NCBI GenBank assembly: GCA_900552085.1
Contig: URYB01000001.1
Span: 1-60,413 of the forward strand
Direction: 5' to 3'
DNA: 60,413 nucleotides
Source: an uncultured Lachnobacterium sp.
GTDB lineage: Bacteria; Bacillota; Clostridia; Lachnospirales; Lachnospiraceae
The notes under the pieces are model-generated. The model was not told the DNA's origin. It ran no database searches and saw nothing but the letters and a program-made list of their open reading frames with translations. Position numbers and translations under genes: made by a program. Position 1 is the stretch's first letter. Each line of letters opens with the position of its first letter. Shown here in pieces: positions 1 through 9,436 of this stretch.

Positions 1-22
1 GCCCACATATGAGGTGAGCTTC
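1..22 (-). repeat. Partial copy (short hairpin only) of the structured repeat, cut by the window edge
   Basis: gcccac-atatgag-gtgagct matches the short hairpin of the copies at 161-186 and 527-552; on the minus strand GCUCAC/GUGGGC pairs with one U-G wobble. Confidence 0.5.
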
Positions 23-76
23 ATTTCATATCCTGATTTAACTGTGAATAGTAACACGGTTTTTCGACCCTTTACG

Positions 77-188
77 TAACAAACCCGCCCAGGCACGTCA
101 ATCACCAGAGTAATTTTCTCTGTCATTGACATTCCCGGACGGGTTTGTTTTATGTTAATCAAGGCCACTTAAGGCTAAGTGCCCTTCG
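77..188 (-). ncRNA. Structured non-coding repeat, copy 1 (long stem-loop plus short hairpin), family unknown
   Basis: Stem aacaaacccgccc 78-90 / ggacgggtttgtt 137-149, inner gtcaat/attgac and cagag/ctctg helices, second hairpin 161-186; G-U wobbles work only on the minus strand; colinear with 442-553. Confidence 0.6.
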
Positions 189-236
189 TTATATTCGATT
201 TTGCTGATTTGGGGATAATTAATAAAGTTCCGACGA

Positions 237-410
237 CACTCCCGTAAGTGCCATCGAGTGCCACGGGAGTGCCATTTTTTTATGATTTTTATGAATCTAT
301 ATCAAGATTTATAGGGATAGAATTTTCCGCAAAGCCTTATGCCATGCGGTTTTAAGAGCTTTTATGGAATTATAAGGAGATTTATCGAAATGGCCAACTC
401 GGAGCGATTC
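237..410. mobile_element. att-end-like remnant with putative integrase arm-type repeats
   Basis: AGTGCCA three times at 247, 257 and 268 (10-11 bp period) inside the inverted repeat cactcccgt/acgggagtg; aaagccttatgccatgcggtttt at 331-353 resembles the motif at 701-724. Confidence 0.4.
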
Positions 411-441
411 CTAGTTTCAACATAAATACTTCCAAAAAGAA

Positions 442-553
442 TAACAAACCCTCCACAGGTCATGACAAAATGCTGATTGTTTTCACTACTTTTGACATTC
501 CCGGGAGGGTTTGATTTGTAATAGTCAAGCCCACTTAAGAATAAGTGGGCTCG
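442..553 (-). ncRNA. Structured non-coding repeat, copy 2
   Basis: aaaccctcc/ggagggttt stem, 13-mer ttgacattcccgg at 492-504 identical to 126-138, hairpin aagcccactta-agaa-taagtgggctc at 527-552. Confidence 0.6.
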
Positions 554-659
554 TCTACGATTCACATATTTAATTGTAACCCATATCGTTAGATTTCATT
601 CGCATGATTTACAGCAATCCGTCAGTTGAGCGTATATTTCTTCATATCAACTTACGAAT

Positions 660-745
660 TTGTTGTAGTAAGCGTTGTAGTTGTATACAACTCATCCTCT
701 GAAACCCTTGATTTTACGGCATTTTATTTGTCTAACTGTTTCATT
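660..745. mobile_element. Probable attachment junction of an integrative element at the lysS 3' end
   Basis: GTTGTAGT direct repeats at 662-669 and 674-681, then gaaacccttgattttacggcat right beside the lysS stop; the lysS 3' end is a known target of tyrosine-integrase elements in Bacillota. Confidence 0.5.
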
Positions 746-2334
746 GTCGGGAAGAGAAGCACATCGCGGATGGCTGCAGAGTCGGTTAACAGCATAACCA
801 GACGGTCGATTCCGTATCCGATACCACCTGTAGGAGGCATACCGATTTCCAGTGCGTTCAGGAAATCTTCATCAGTGTGCTCTGCCTCGTCATCACCAGC
901 AGCTGCGTTCGCATCCTGAGCTGCGAAACGCTCACGCTGATCGATCGGATCGTTCAGCTCGGAGTATGCATTACACATCTCCCATGTATTACAGAATAAC
1001 TCAAAACGCTCTACCTTGGTAGGATCGCTTGGTTTCTTCTTTGTCAGTGGAGAAATCTCGATTGGATGATCCATGATAAATGTTGGCTGGATCAGTTCCT
1101 TCTCGCAGTATTCCTCGAAGAAGAGGTTGATGATATCACCCTTCTTATGACGCTCTTCGTATGCAATATGATACTCATCTGCAAGCTTCTTTGCTGCTGC
1201 GTCATCCGGTACCTGATCAAAATCAATACCGGTATATTTCTTGATTGCATCGTTCATGGTTAAACGTGCAAATGGCTTTCCAAGATCAATTTCTACACCG
1301 TTGTAAGAGATCTTTGTTGATCCGCATACTTTTTCAGCGAGGTAACGGAACATAGACTCTGTCAGTTCCATCATACCTTCGTAATCGGTGTATGCCTGAT
1401 ACAGCTCCATCAGTGTAAATTCCGGATTGTGACGGGTATCAACACCCTCGTTACGGAATACACGGCCAATCTCGTATACACGCTCAAGACCACCAACAAT
1501 CAATCTCTTTAAGTAAAGCTCAAGGGAAATACGAAGCTTTACATCTTCATTCAATGCATTGTAGTGTGTCTCGAATGGTCTTGCTGCTGCACCACCTGCG
1601 TTTGCAACAAGCATCGGCGTCTCAACTTCCATGAAATCACGGTCAGCCAGGAAGTTACGGATCTCTTTGAGAATCTTAGAACGCTTTACGAATACTTCCT
1701 TGCTCTCCTGATTCATGATCAGATCAATATATCTCTGACGATAACGCATATCGGTATCGGTCAGTCCGTGGAACTTCTCCGGCAGAATCTGTAAAGACTT
1801 GGAAAGAAGTGTCATCTCTTCTGCATGGATAGAGATCTCTCCGGTCTTTGTACGGAATGCATATCCCTTTACACCCCAGATATCACCGATATCGGACTTC
1901 TTGAATGTTGCATATAAATCCTCACCAATAGAGTCACGTGCAACGTAAATCTGAATGCTTCCCTTTAAATCCTGAATATTTGCAAAAGATGCTTTACCCA
2001 TAACACGCTTGAACATCATACGTCCAGCGATGGATACCTGAATTGGAGATGCATCCATGATGCTTCTTCTCTCTTCATATTCTTTCTTTGTAGCTTCTTT
2101 TGCCTCAGCCTCATCCATACCGTCTGTATTAACTTCCGGTCTTCCTGCTAAAAGCTCGTCTTCATGAGCTGTATATACTTCTTTTACGTCTGAAGTATGG
2201 TGTGTCACATCATACTTTGTAATCTGAAATGGGTCCTGTCCTGCTTCCTGCAGATTTGCCAACTTCTCGCGGCGAACTTTCAGCAGCTGGTTTACATCCT
2301 GCTGGCCGCCCTGATTTGCATTATTTCCCGCCAT
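724..2334 (-). CDS. lysS: Lysine--tRNA ligase (class II)
   Basis: [35 protein letters not shown] and [15 protein letters not shown] motifs. Confidence 0.98.
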   Translation of the reverse strand: MAGNNANQGGQQDVNQLLKVRREKLANLQEAGQDPFQITKYDVTHHTSDVKEVYTAHEDELLAGRPEVNTDGMDEAEAKEATKKEYEERRSIMDASPIQVSIAGRMMFKRVMGKASFANIQDLKGSIQIYVARDSIGEDLYATFKKSDIGDIWGVKGYAFRTKTGEISIHAEEMTLLSKSLQILPEKFHGLTDTDMRYRQRYIDLIMNQESKEVFVKRSKILKEIRNFLADRDFMEVETPMLVANAGGAAARPFETHYNALNEDVKLRISLELYLKRLIVGGLERVYEIGRVFRNEGVDTRHNPEFTLMELYQAYTDYEGMMELTESMFRYLAEKVCGSTKISYNGVEIDLGKPFARLTMNDAIKKYTGIDFDQVPDDAAAKKLADEYHIAYEERHKKGDIINLFFEEYCEKELIQPTFIMDHPIEISPLTKKKPSDPTKVERFELFCNTWEMCNAYSELNDPIDQRERFAAQDANAAAGDDEAEHTDEDFLNALEIGMPPTGGIGYGIDRLVMLLTDSAAIRDVLLFPTMKQLDK

Positions 2335-2347
2335 CTTTCGTTCCTTT

Positions 2348-2833
2348 CTATTCTACTGTTGATCTCTGGATTTCAAGTACCTTGTAAGAGAGCTCTCCTG
2401 CTTCTGTCTCGACAACTACGGTATCTCCAACTTTCTTTCCGATCAGTGCACGGCCTACTGGAGACTCGTTACTGATTTTTCCCTTTAAGCTGTTTGCCTC
2501 TGTGGAACCAACAAGTTTGTACTCTAACTCTTCATCAAATTCACAGTCAAGAATCTTAACTTTACATCCGATGCTGATCTTGTCTAAGTCTACTTCTTCC
2601 TCAACAACGACTTCTGCATTCTTAAGGATCTTCTCGATTTCTTCAATACGAGCCTCGATATCTCTCTGCTCATCCTTTGCTGCATCGTACTCTGCGTTCT
2701 CGGACAAGTCACCCTGCTCGCGGGCCTCTTTGATCTTCTGTGCAATCTCTCTACGTTTTACAACTTTCAGATCCTGCAACTCGTCTTCAAGTTTTTTCAG
2801 ACCTTCATAGGTCAAGATATTTTTCTTATCCAT
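2348..2833 (-). CDS. greA: Transcription elongation factor GreA
   Basis: [17 protein letters not shown] and [11 protein letters not shown] motifs; usual position before lysS. Confidence 0.97.
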   Translation of the reverse strand: MDKKNILTYEGLKKLEDELQDLKVVKRREIAQKIKEAREQGDLSENAEYDAAKDEQRDIEARIEEIEKILKNAEVVVEEEVDLDKISIGCKVKILDCEFDEELEYKLVGSTEANSLKGKISNESPVGRALIGKKVGDTVVVETEAGELSYKVLEIQRSTVE

Positions 2834-2920
2834 TTCTTTTACCCCGCTTTATAATAATATTTAAAAACTACGTATCTCTATAAATTAACTAAGGTATTAT
2901 ACCCAATCAACCGCATAATG

Positions 2921-3913
2921 TCAAGGTTTTGCGCCGTTTCCGGTTTCTTTGAGATTGCCGAGAAGCAACTCTTCCAAAGCCTCGAACGACTCCACATTGT
3001 TGATTGCCACACGAAGCCGTGCCGAATTCGGATAACCTGCGGTATACCAGGCTGCGTGCTTACGGATTTCACGGATGCCAATGTACTCGCCTTTGAACTC
3101 CAGCATCATCCTGGCATGCCGCAGAATCATCTGTGTCACCTCTTCTATGGAAGGCTTCGGTAAATGCTCTCCGCTCTCAAAATAGTGCAAAATCTGCTTG
3201 AATATCCATGGATTTCCCTGTGCTCCCCGGGCAATCATAAATCCATCACATCCGGTCTGTTCCTCCATAGCGATCACGTCCTCTGCCGTCAGCAAATCTC
3301 CGTTTCCAATCACCGGAATGGATACCGCCTCTTTTACCTGACGGATAATGTCCCAGTCCGCCTTCCCGGAATAAAGCGGTTCTCTCGTGCGGCCATGCAC
3401 AGCTACTGCTGCCGCTCCCGCATCCTCTGCGATCTTTGCCATCTCCACCGCGTTCACATGATCATCGTCGAATCCCTTACGGATTTTTACGGTCACCGGT
3501 TTATTGATCGCTTTTACCGTCTTTCGAATAATCTCTCCCGCCAGTTTCGGGGTCTTCATCAGCGCCGATCCCTCACCATTGTTCACGATTTTCGGCACCG
3601 GACATCCCATATTAATATCCAGCAGGTCAAAAGGGCGCTCCTCAATCTCATGCGCAATATTCGAAATTATATCCGGATCTGACCCAAACAGCTGTAACGA
3701 TACCGGATTTTCTCTTGGATCAATCTCCAAAAGGCTCTGCGTATTGCGGTTTTTGTACATAATGGCTTTGGCACTGACCATCTCCATGCACAAAAGCCCC
3801 GCTCCCTGCTCTTTGCATAACAAGCGAAATGGCAGGTCTGTTACGCCTGCCATAGGAGCCAGTATTAAATTATTCGGCAATGTCACATTGCCTATTTTTA
3901 ATGCTTTTATCAT
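2921..3913 (-). CDS. dusB: tRNA-dihydrouridine synthase DusB
   Basis: LAPMAGVTD, DINMGCP, VHGRTR and NGD motifs. Confidence 0.93.
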   Translation of the reverse strand: MIKALKIGNVTLPNNLILAPMAGVTDLPFRLLCKEQGAGLLCMEMVSAKAIMYKNRNTQSLLEIDPRENPVSLQLFGSDPDIISNIAHEIEERPFDLLDINMGCPVPKIVNNGEGSALMKTPKLAGEIIRKTVKAINKPVTVKIRKGFDDDHVNAVEMAKIAEDAGAAAVAVHGRTREPLYSGKADWDIIRQVKEAVSIPVIGNGDLLTAEDVIAMEEQTGCDGFMIARGAQGNPWIFKQILHYFESGEHLPKPSIEEVTQMILRHARMMLEFKGEYIGIREIRKHAAWYTAGYPNSARLRVAINNVESFEALEELLLGNLKETGNGAKP

Positions 3914-3914
3914 A

Positions 3915-4694
3915 CTATTTTATTTTCCGATTCTGTTTTTTATACACGCGGTAAATACCTTTTAAAGTAAGGTTTGGATCATAAATATCGATACACGTTG
4001 TCTCATTTGCAATAATACGTCCCAATCCTCCGGTCACAACCGTTTTCACATTTTCCAGTCCGACTTCTTCTTTTACCTTGTTAATAATGTATTCCGTCTG
4101 TCCAATCTGTCCGTAGACAATACCTGCCTGCATGCTGGTGATGGTGTCTTTTCCAAGAATACTCTCCGGCTTTTTGATTTCGATCTCCGGAAGCTTTGCG
4201 GCATCCTCTGACAGTGCCTTTGCAGAAATCCGGATACCCGGTGCTGTAATTCCGCCAAGAAAAGCCCCGCTTTCGTCCACAAAATCATATGTTGTGGCTG
4301 TACCGAAATCAATCACCAGCACAGGACCTCCATATATTTCAAATGCACCAACAGCATCCACAATTCGGTCCGCACCAATCTGCTGCGGATTCGGTGTCAC
4401 AATGCGAATACCTGTCTTAATTCCTGCTTCGACAATAATCGGTGTAATATGAAAATATTTTACCAGTCCGCCCCGCAGGGAATGCATCACATTCGGAACA
4501 ACGGAACAAATGATTGCATCCTCAATGTCCATTGGCTGAATATCATTCTGCTCCAGCAGATTGTAAAGGATCATTCCATATTCATCGGATGTACGTGGCA
4601 TCTTGGTGGTAATGCGAAAAGAAGCAACAATGACATCCCCATCGAATACTCCACAGGTAATATTTGTATTTCCCACATCTATTGTTAATATCAT
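3915..4694 (-). CDS. coaX: Type III pantothenate kinase
   Basis: [19 protein letters not shown] and GGITAPG motifs. Confidence 0.95.
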   Translation of the reverse strand: MILTIDVGNTNITCGVFDGDVIVASFRITTKMPRTSDEYGMILYNLLEQNDIQPMDIEDAIICSVVPNVMHSLRGGLVKYFHITPIIVEAGIKTGIRIVTPNPQQIGADRIVDAVGAFEIYGGPVLVIDFGTATTYDFVDESGAFLGGITAPGIRISAKALSEDAAKLPEIEIKKPESILGKDTITSMQAGIVYGQIGQTEYIINKVKEEVGLENVKTVVTGGLGRIIANETTCIDIYDPNLTLKGIYRVYKKQNRKIK

Positions 4695-4697
4695 GCC

Positions 4698-5036
4698 CTA
4701 TTCCTCCTCGCTCCATCCTTCGCCCAGAAACATGACTCGATAATATGTTTCCACAGCCTCAAGCAATTCCCGCTTTTCGTTTCTGAACTGTTTGATTTTC
4801 AGCACACTTCCGATCTCATCATAATAGAAATCGCCCTCTTCACAACTTGTCTTAAACTGAAGGTTTCCTTCTTCATCAAATACAAGTTCCAAAATTCCAC
4901 CGATATCTTCTGTGTAAAGCACACACATGATTTTAAGTTCCTCGCGGATGGACTGTGGCAGTTCATTAAAATTCTCATTCAGGTAGAACTTTTTCTGGTA
5001 TGCATTGGATACACACAACGTAACTTCTTTAGACAT
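4698..5036 (-). CDS. Conserved hypothetical protein (DUF6145-like)
   Basis: 112-aa ORF coupled between birA and coaX; family recalled, not searched. Confidence 0.7.
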   Translation of the reverse strand: MSKEVTLCVSNAYQKKFYLNENFNELPQSIREELKIMCVLYTEDIGGILELVFDEEGNLQFKTSCEEGDFYYDEIGSVLKIKQFRNEKRELLEAVETYYRVMFLGEGWSEEE

Positions 5037-6006
5037 ATCCGTATATTCCTCTCACGGAAACCTCTCCGGAAGACACCAGCTTGCGCGATTCCCATGTGTC
5101 TACGATGAGTTCTCCTTTTTTTGTAATTCCCATTGCTTTTCCTTCAAATGGTTCCTTCGGATCAAGCACCCGCACCTGCCGGTTCAGGTTTACCAGCAAC
5201 TCATTGTAATCCTGCTGCAATCCTTCCATATCCTCGGTCTTAAGGTACACTTCATAAGCTGCCTCAAACTCTTCGAGAAAAGCCTCTATAATATCCGCCC
5301 GATGAAAGCGATGTCCGCATTCCAGAAGAAGGGAACTTGCTGTCTCTGCAATCTCCTCCGGAAAAGCTTCATTGTGCACATTGATACCAATGCCAATGAC
5401 AATATTGTTGATATAATCAAACTGTGCGCTCATTTCTGTGAGCATTCCACAGATTTTCTTTCCGTTTACGACCAGATCATTCGGCCACTTAATCAGTGCC
5501 GGAACATTGGCAACTCTGCGCAAAGCCCGTGCGGTAGCCAGTGCCGTAACCAGTGTCAGCATGGATGCATTGTTTGGATTGATATCCGGCTTGAGCATAA
5601 GTGTCATAAATATGCCGATTCCGGATGGGGATTCCCAGGACCGGCCTCTGCGCCCTCTTCCGGCAGTCTGCTGCTCAGCCACTACCAGAGTTCCAGTCGG
5701 ATGACCACTCTCTGCCAGTTCTTTTGCCTTCGTGTTCGTAGAATCAATAGTATCAAAATAATGAATCTCACATCCGACCCACTTTGTCTTTCGGATGCTC
5801 TCCAACTCTACATCGTTGATCACATCCGGCACAGACAGCAAATGATATCCTTTGTTCTGCACCGCCTCTATCTCGTATCCCATCTCTTTCAGCTGATTGA
5901 TTGCTTTCCACACGGCTGTACGGGACACGCCAAAATGATTACACAGCTCCTGTCCGGATACATATCCGTCTGTTTCACGGAGCATTTTCAATATTTCTGC
6001 TTTCAT
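5029..6006 (-). CDS. birA: Bifunctional biotin ligase/repressor
   Basis: N-terminal HTH (SGQEL...SRTAVWK), DSTN, QTAGRGRRGR, KWPND and KICG motifs. Confidence 0.96.
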   Translation of the reverse strand: MKAEILKMLRETDGYVSGQELCNHFGVSRTAVWKAINQLKEMGYEIEAVQNKGYHLLSVPDVINDVELESIRKTKWVGCEIHYFDTIDSTNTKAKELAESGHPTGTLVVAEQQTAGRGRRGRSWESPSGIGIFMTLMLKPDINPNNASMLTLVTALATARALRRVANVPALIKWPNDLVVNGKKICGMLTEMSAQFDYINNIVIGIGINVHNEAFPEEIAETASSLLLECGHRFHRADIIEAFLEEFEAAYEVYLKTEDMEGLQQDYNELLVNLNRQVRVLDPKEPFEGKAMGITKKGELIVDTWESRKLVSSGEVSVRGIYGYV

Positions 6007-6025
6007 ACGCCTTTACCGCTCATTT

Positions 6026-7015
6026 TTAATCTGATAATGTCGCTTTCATAATTGCTTTGATGGAATGCATACGGTTCTCTGCCTCATCAAATACAACCGA
6101 ACGCGGTCCTTCAAATACTTCATCTGTAACTTCAAGTTCTGATAATCCAAATTTTTCATAAACCTGTTTTCCGATGGTAGTCTTTAAATCATGGAATGCC
6201 GGCAGACAATGCATGAAAATAGCGCTGTCTTTTGCGTTTTCAAATGCCTTGGTATTTACCTGATACGGTTTCAGATCGTTGATTCGCTCTGCCCATACTT
6301 CTTCCGGCTCACCCATGGATACCCATACATCGGTATAGATGACATCGGCATCTTTGGTAGCTTCTGCAACATCATCTGTCAATGTAATTGTCGCGCCTGT
6401 CTGCGCTGCAACATCCTTGCAGTAATCAACCAGTTCCTGATTTGGATAATATTTTGGATTGGTACATGCTACAAAATGCATTCCAAGTTTTGCACATGTT
6501 ACCATAAGAGAATTCCCCATATTGTAACGGGCATCTCCCATATACACGAACTTCACACCTTTAAGCTGTCCGAGATGCTCACGAATTGTCAGCATATCTG
6601 CGATCATCTGTGTCGGGTGGAACTCATTGGTCAATCCATTCCATACCGGGACTCCCGCATATTTTGCCAGTTCCTCTACGATTTCCTGTCCATATCCGCG
6701 GTACTCAATTCCATCAAACATTCTTCCGAGTACACGGGCTGTATCCGGAATACTTTCCTTCTTTCCGATCTGTGAACCGCTTGGATCAAGATATGTAACA
6801 TGCATACCCAGATCGTGTGCAGCCACCTCAAAAGAGCAGCGGGTTCGGGTACTTGTCTTTTCAAAGATCAATGCGATGTTCTTGCCTACAAGGCTGTCAT
6901 GCATGATGCCCTGATGCTTTTTCTCCTTTAATTCTGCAGATAAATCAATCAGGTATGTGATTTCCTCCGGTGTAAAATCCATTAACTTTAAAAAATTCCG
7001 TCCCTTTAATGTCAT
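6026..7015 (-). CDS. argF: Ornithine carbamoyltransferase
   Basis: STRTR, HPTQ, DVWVSMG, HCLP and AENR motifs. Confidence 0.96.
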   Translation of the reverse strand: MTLKGRNFLKLMDFTPEEITYLIDLSAELKEKKHQGIMHDSLVGKNIALIFEKTSTRTRCSFEVAAHDLGMHVTYLDPSGSQIGKKESIPDTARVLGRMFDGIEYRGYGQEIVEELAKYAGVPVWNGLTNEFHPTQMIADMLTIREHLGQLKGVKFVYMGDARYNMGNSLMVTCAKLGMHFVACTNPKYYPNQELVDYCKDVAAQTGATITLTDDVAEATKDADVIYTDVWVSMGEPEEVWAERINDLKPYQVNTKAFENAKDSAIFMHCLPAFHDLKTTIGKQVYEKFGLSELEVTDEVFEGPRSVVFDEAENRMHSIKAIMKATLSD

Positions 7016-7116
7016 TGCTCTTCCTCCTTATTTCGTTACAATGAAGTTATTTTACTCCATTTATCCGTCGATTACAACCTACTAAATGCACACATTGTCA
7101 TACATGAAGCAAATAG

Positions 7117-7153
7117 AAAAGGCAGATATATCGAAATATCGATACATCTGCCC
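7117..7153 (-). terminator. Intrinsic terminator after the cell-wall hydrolase gene
   Basis: ggcagat...atctgcc long stem followed by a T-run on the minus strand. Confidence 0.7.
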
Positions 7154-7185
7154 GTATGATCTATGATTCATGAACCAGTTGCAAA

Positions 7186-8511
7186 TTAATAAAATACAAT
7201 CGGTCCGATCACAACGCCTGCGTGTCCGCTGGATGCAAGCTTAAAGTACTTTGCGCCACCTGTCGGATCATTTCCTGCAAGTGCTGCCTGCGCTGCCTGT
7301 CTTGCGCTTGCGCTCACACCACTGGCAAGTCTGGACTCTAATCTTCCGGAAGAAGCCGGACCAAACTGACCACGCTGATAAATAACACCGCGAATACTGT
7401 TTGGAAAACTTCCGCTGTGTACACGATTCACTACAACAGCTCCCACAGCAAGCATACACTGCTGACTCTGTCCACCTGCCTCACACTGAATCAATGCTGC
7501 AAGTAATGTCTCATCATCCGCAGATGCTGTAAGGGATGTTCCCTGTGAAGAAGAAGTTGTTGTTGTCTGTCCATTTGAAGAAGAACTTGAAGATGAAGAA
7601 CTCTGTGTGCTCTTCTTTGCTGCATCCTGTTTTGCAACCTCTTCTTTTGCCTTACGCTCTTCCTCTTCTTTCTGTGCGGCAATCTCTTCCTCAATTGTGA
7701 CTGCCTTACCGGTCTTTAACCCTACAGTAACATAATCTTCGCTTACATAACAGGTCTGAGAATCAACCTTAACAGCCACCCATCCGTCTTCTGTGTCAGC
7801 TTTTGTGTTTACAACAAGCTTATCTCCGGATGCAACGGTCTTTACTACACCAGCATCTGTACTTGCTTCCTTGCGGATGCGAAGTCCGTCAATCTCGACT
7901 TTTGCGACTGTCTTACAATTTTTCTTGGCATATGCATATGCTTCCTGACCGGTTACACAGTAATCATTCTTTACATATCCTTTTACGTTTCCGGAAGTAA
8001 TCTTTGTCCATTCACTTCCTTCATCCTTAATGACTGCGCGGTCACCCTTATACATCTTGCCAACAATTTCTGAATCTGCATCTGCCGACTTGCGTACATA
8101 CAAAAACTCATCGACATCTGCCATCAATTTATTGTTCCACTCTTTTTCCTCATCGGACAATTTCTTATCCTCTTTGGAATCTTCTACAGTTACCTCTGGC
8201 TCTGTCTCAACATCTTCGGAAGCAGCGCTTTCCACCGATGTGTCTGATACATCTGCTGCATCCTCTACTGCTGCTGCAACGATATTGGAATCGCTCTTTT
8301 CAACAGAAACCATGCTGTCAAGCATATCTGCTGCTTCAAGTTCGTATGCGTTCATAGCAACTGCAACTCCGGCCATTCCGTTTTTATCCATCTGTGTTTC
8401 TGCTACCTGATCAGCAGCTTTCACTCCATTACCAGTAACCGCTGTGATTGTTAATGCAAGAGCAAGTCCTGCTACCATTACACTTTCAATCACTTTCTTG
8501 TTAAATTTCAT
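7186..8511 (-). CDS. Secreted SH3b-domain cell-wall hydrolase (SleB/Hydrolase_2 C-terminus)
   Basis: Signal peptide, two SH3b-like repeats, Ser/Thr linker, LLAALIQCEAG..VGAVVVNRV..FPNSIRGVIYQRGQF; start moved to 8511, which has a GGAGG RBS. Confidence 0.85.
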   Translation of the reverse strand: MKFNKKVIESVMVAGLALALTITAVTGNGVKAADQVAETQMDKNGMAGVAVAMNAYELEAADMLDSMVSVEKSDSNIVAAAVEDAADVSDTSVESAASEDVETEPEVTVEDSKEDKKLSDEEKEWNNKLMADVDEFLYVRKSADADSEIVGKMYKGDRAVIKDEGSEWTKITSGNVKGYVKNDYCVTGQEAYAYAKKNCKTVAKVEIDGLRIRKEASTDAGVVKTVASGDKLVVNTKADTEDGWVAVKVDSQTCYVSEDYVTVGLKTGKAVTIEEEIAAQKEEEERKAKEEVAKQDAAKKSTQSSSSSSSSSNGQTTTTSSSQGTSLTASADDETLLAALIQCEAGGQSQQCMLAVGAVVVNRVHSGSFPNSIRGVIYQRGQFGPASSGRLESRLASGVSASARQAAQAALAGNDPTGGAKYFKLASSGHAGVVIGPIVFY

Positions 8512-8632
8512 TATGAACCTCCGTATTCTATCATTGCATATCATCAACAACAATGATGTGCGCAATCATGTATTACTATCTTATGCGATAAGTATTACAC
8601 TTATGTTGCGTTTTTAAACACTTTATTTCAAA

Positions 8633-8685
8633 TGTTACAAGTTTGTTACGAGTGGCATTGTAGCATAGTAAAAGCTGTTTGTCAA
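8633..8685 (-). promoter_or_regulatory. SigA promoter plus WalR-like box
   Basis: TTGACA (8680-85)-17 bp-TACAAT (8657-62) with extended TG on the minus strand; TGTTAC-N5-TGTTAC at 8633-8649. Confidence 0.6.
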
Positions 8686-8835
8686 ATTTTTGGTAGATTT
8701 TGGGTGGTTCTCTCCACATTCGTTCAATTTTTACGCAAAAATGGGTGCACCAAACCCCTGGCACACCCTGTATTTGTTATTGAGAAAATAAATATTACAG
8801 TTTGCTTAACATTTTACAGCAAATGTACATATTTT

Positions 8836-9153
8836 CTATGGAAAAATCTCTTTTAAGACAGAGGAAATCACTCGATTTTCCTCCTCATCCTTCTGATGAT
8901 TCTCCGTCACATTTACTATATGCTTCTCTGTTGTAGAATCGGCTTTCTGTTCCACAACAGGTTTCAGACATTTCTCCATTCGATCCACAATTTGGTCTGC
9001 CATCTTATTTATCATTTTTCGTGTCTTTGTCAGTTTACGAGACACCACCATAAGAGAAATAAAAACAACTGCCTGTACACCAAAAAAAGCTCCTGCAAAA
9101 ACTTCTCTCTGGTATGTATGTATCCACTCCATAACCTGCAATAAAATTGTCAT
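8836..9153 (-). CDS. Hypothetical single-pass membrane protein
   Basis: RBS gagaggcag, one TM helix, 105 aa. Confidence 0.65.
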   Translation of the reverse strand: MTILLQVMEWIHTYQREVFAGAFFGVQAVVFISLMVVSRKLTKTRKMINKMADQIVDRMEKCLKPVVEQKADSTTEKHIVNVTENHQKDEEENRVISSVLKEIFP

Positions 9154-9436
9154 ATCAACTGCCTCTCTTTCATATTTTGTTAAATATCGTACATCCTGTA
9201 ACTATATTATAATGAAAGAACGCATATTTCGGAATATCCTTTCGGTCGCAAGTTTCGACAGTTTTTCGTACGCAATGTCCGTCATTTTCCGGATATAAGC
9301 AGCACCCTAATTTCCGTCCATCTTGACTTTTTGCCTGGAAAGTATAATATAGTTTTCATGTAACTGCTTGCTGTCAGATCAGCATACACTACGAATATAT
9401 TGAATTCCAAATAACAAACAGAGAGGATATATCTTC

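Noticed and set aside
524..553. IS200/IS605 or IscB omegaRNA end (GTCAA plus hairpin)
   Set aside because: Only a superficial resemblance; GTCAA is not conserved in copy 1 and no tnpA/tnpB/iscB is visible. Kept only as an alternative explanation
1..560. CRISPR array interpretation of the left-end repeats
   Set aside because: Units are ~110 nt, diverged and irregularly spaced; there are no identical 25-45 bp repeats and no cas genes in view
362..565. 67-aa minus-strand ORF
   Set aside because: Runs across the structured repeat, has no RBS or motif, and a coding frame is not evident in copy 1
588..736. Integron attC-like GTTAGA/TCTAAC pair
   Set aside because: The boxes are in the wrong order, one lies inside lysS, and there is no intervening palindrome
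5005..6051. 348-aa plus-strand ORF
   Set aside because: Antisense shadow of birA with no recognisable domain or RBS
7086..7105. ARG box upstream of argF
   Set aside because: The imperfect palindrome does not fit the TGMAT-N4-ATKCA spacing
9254..9260. Spo0A box TGTCGAA
   Set aside because: A single 7-mer is too likely to occur by chance
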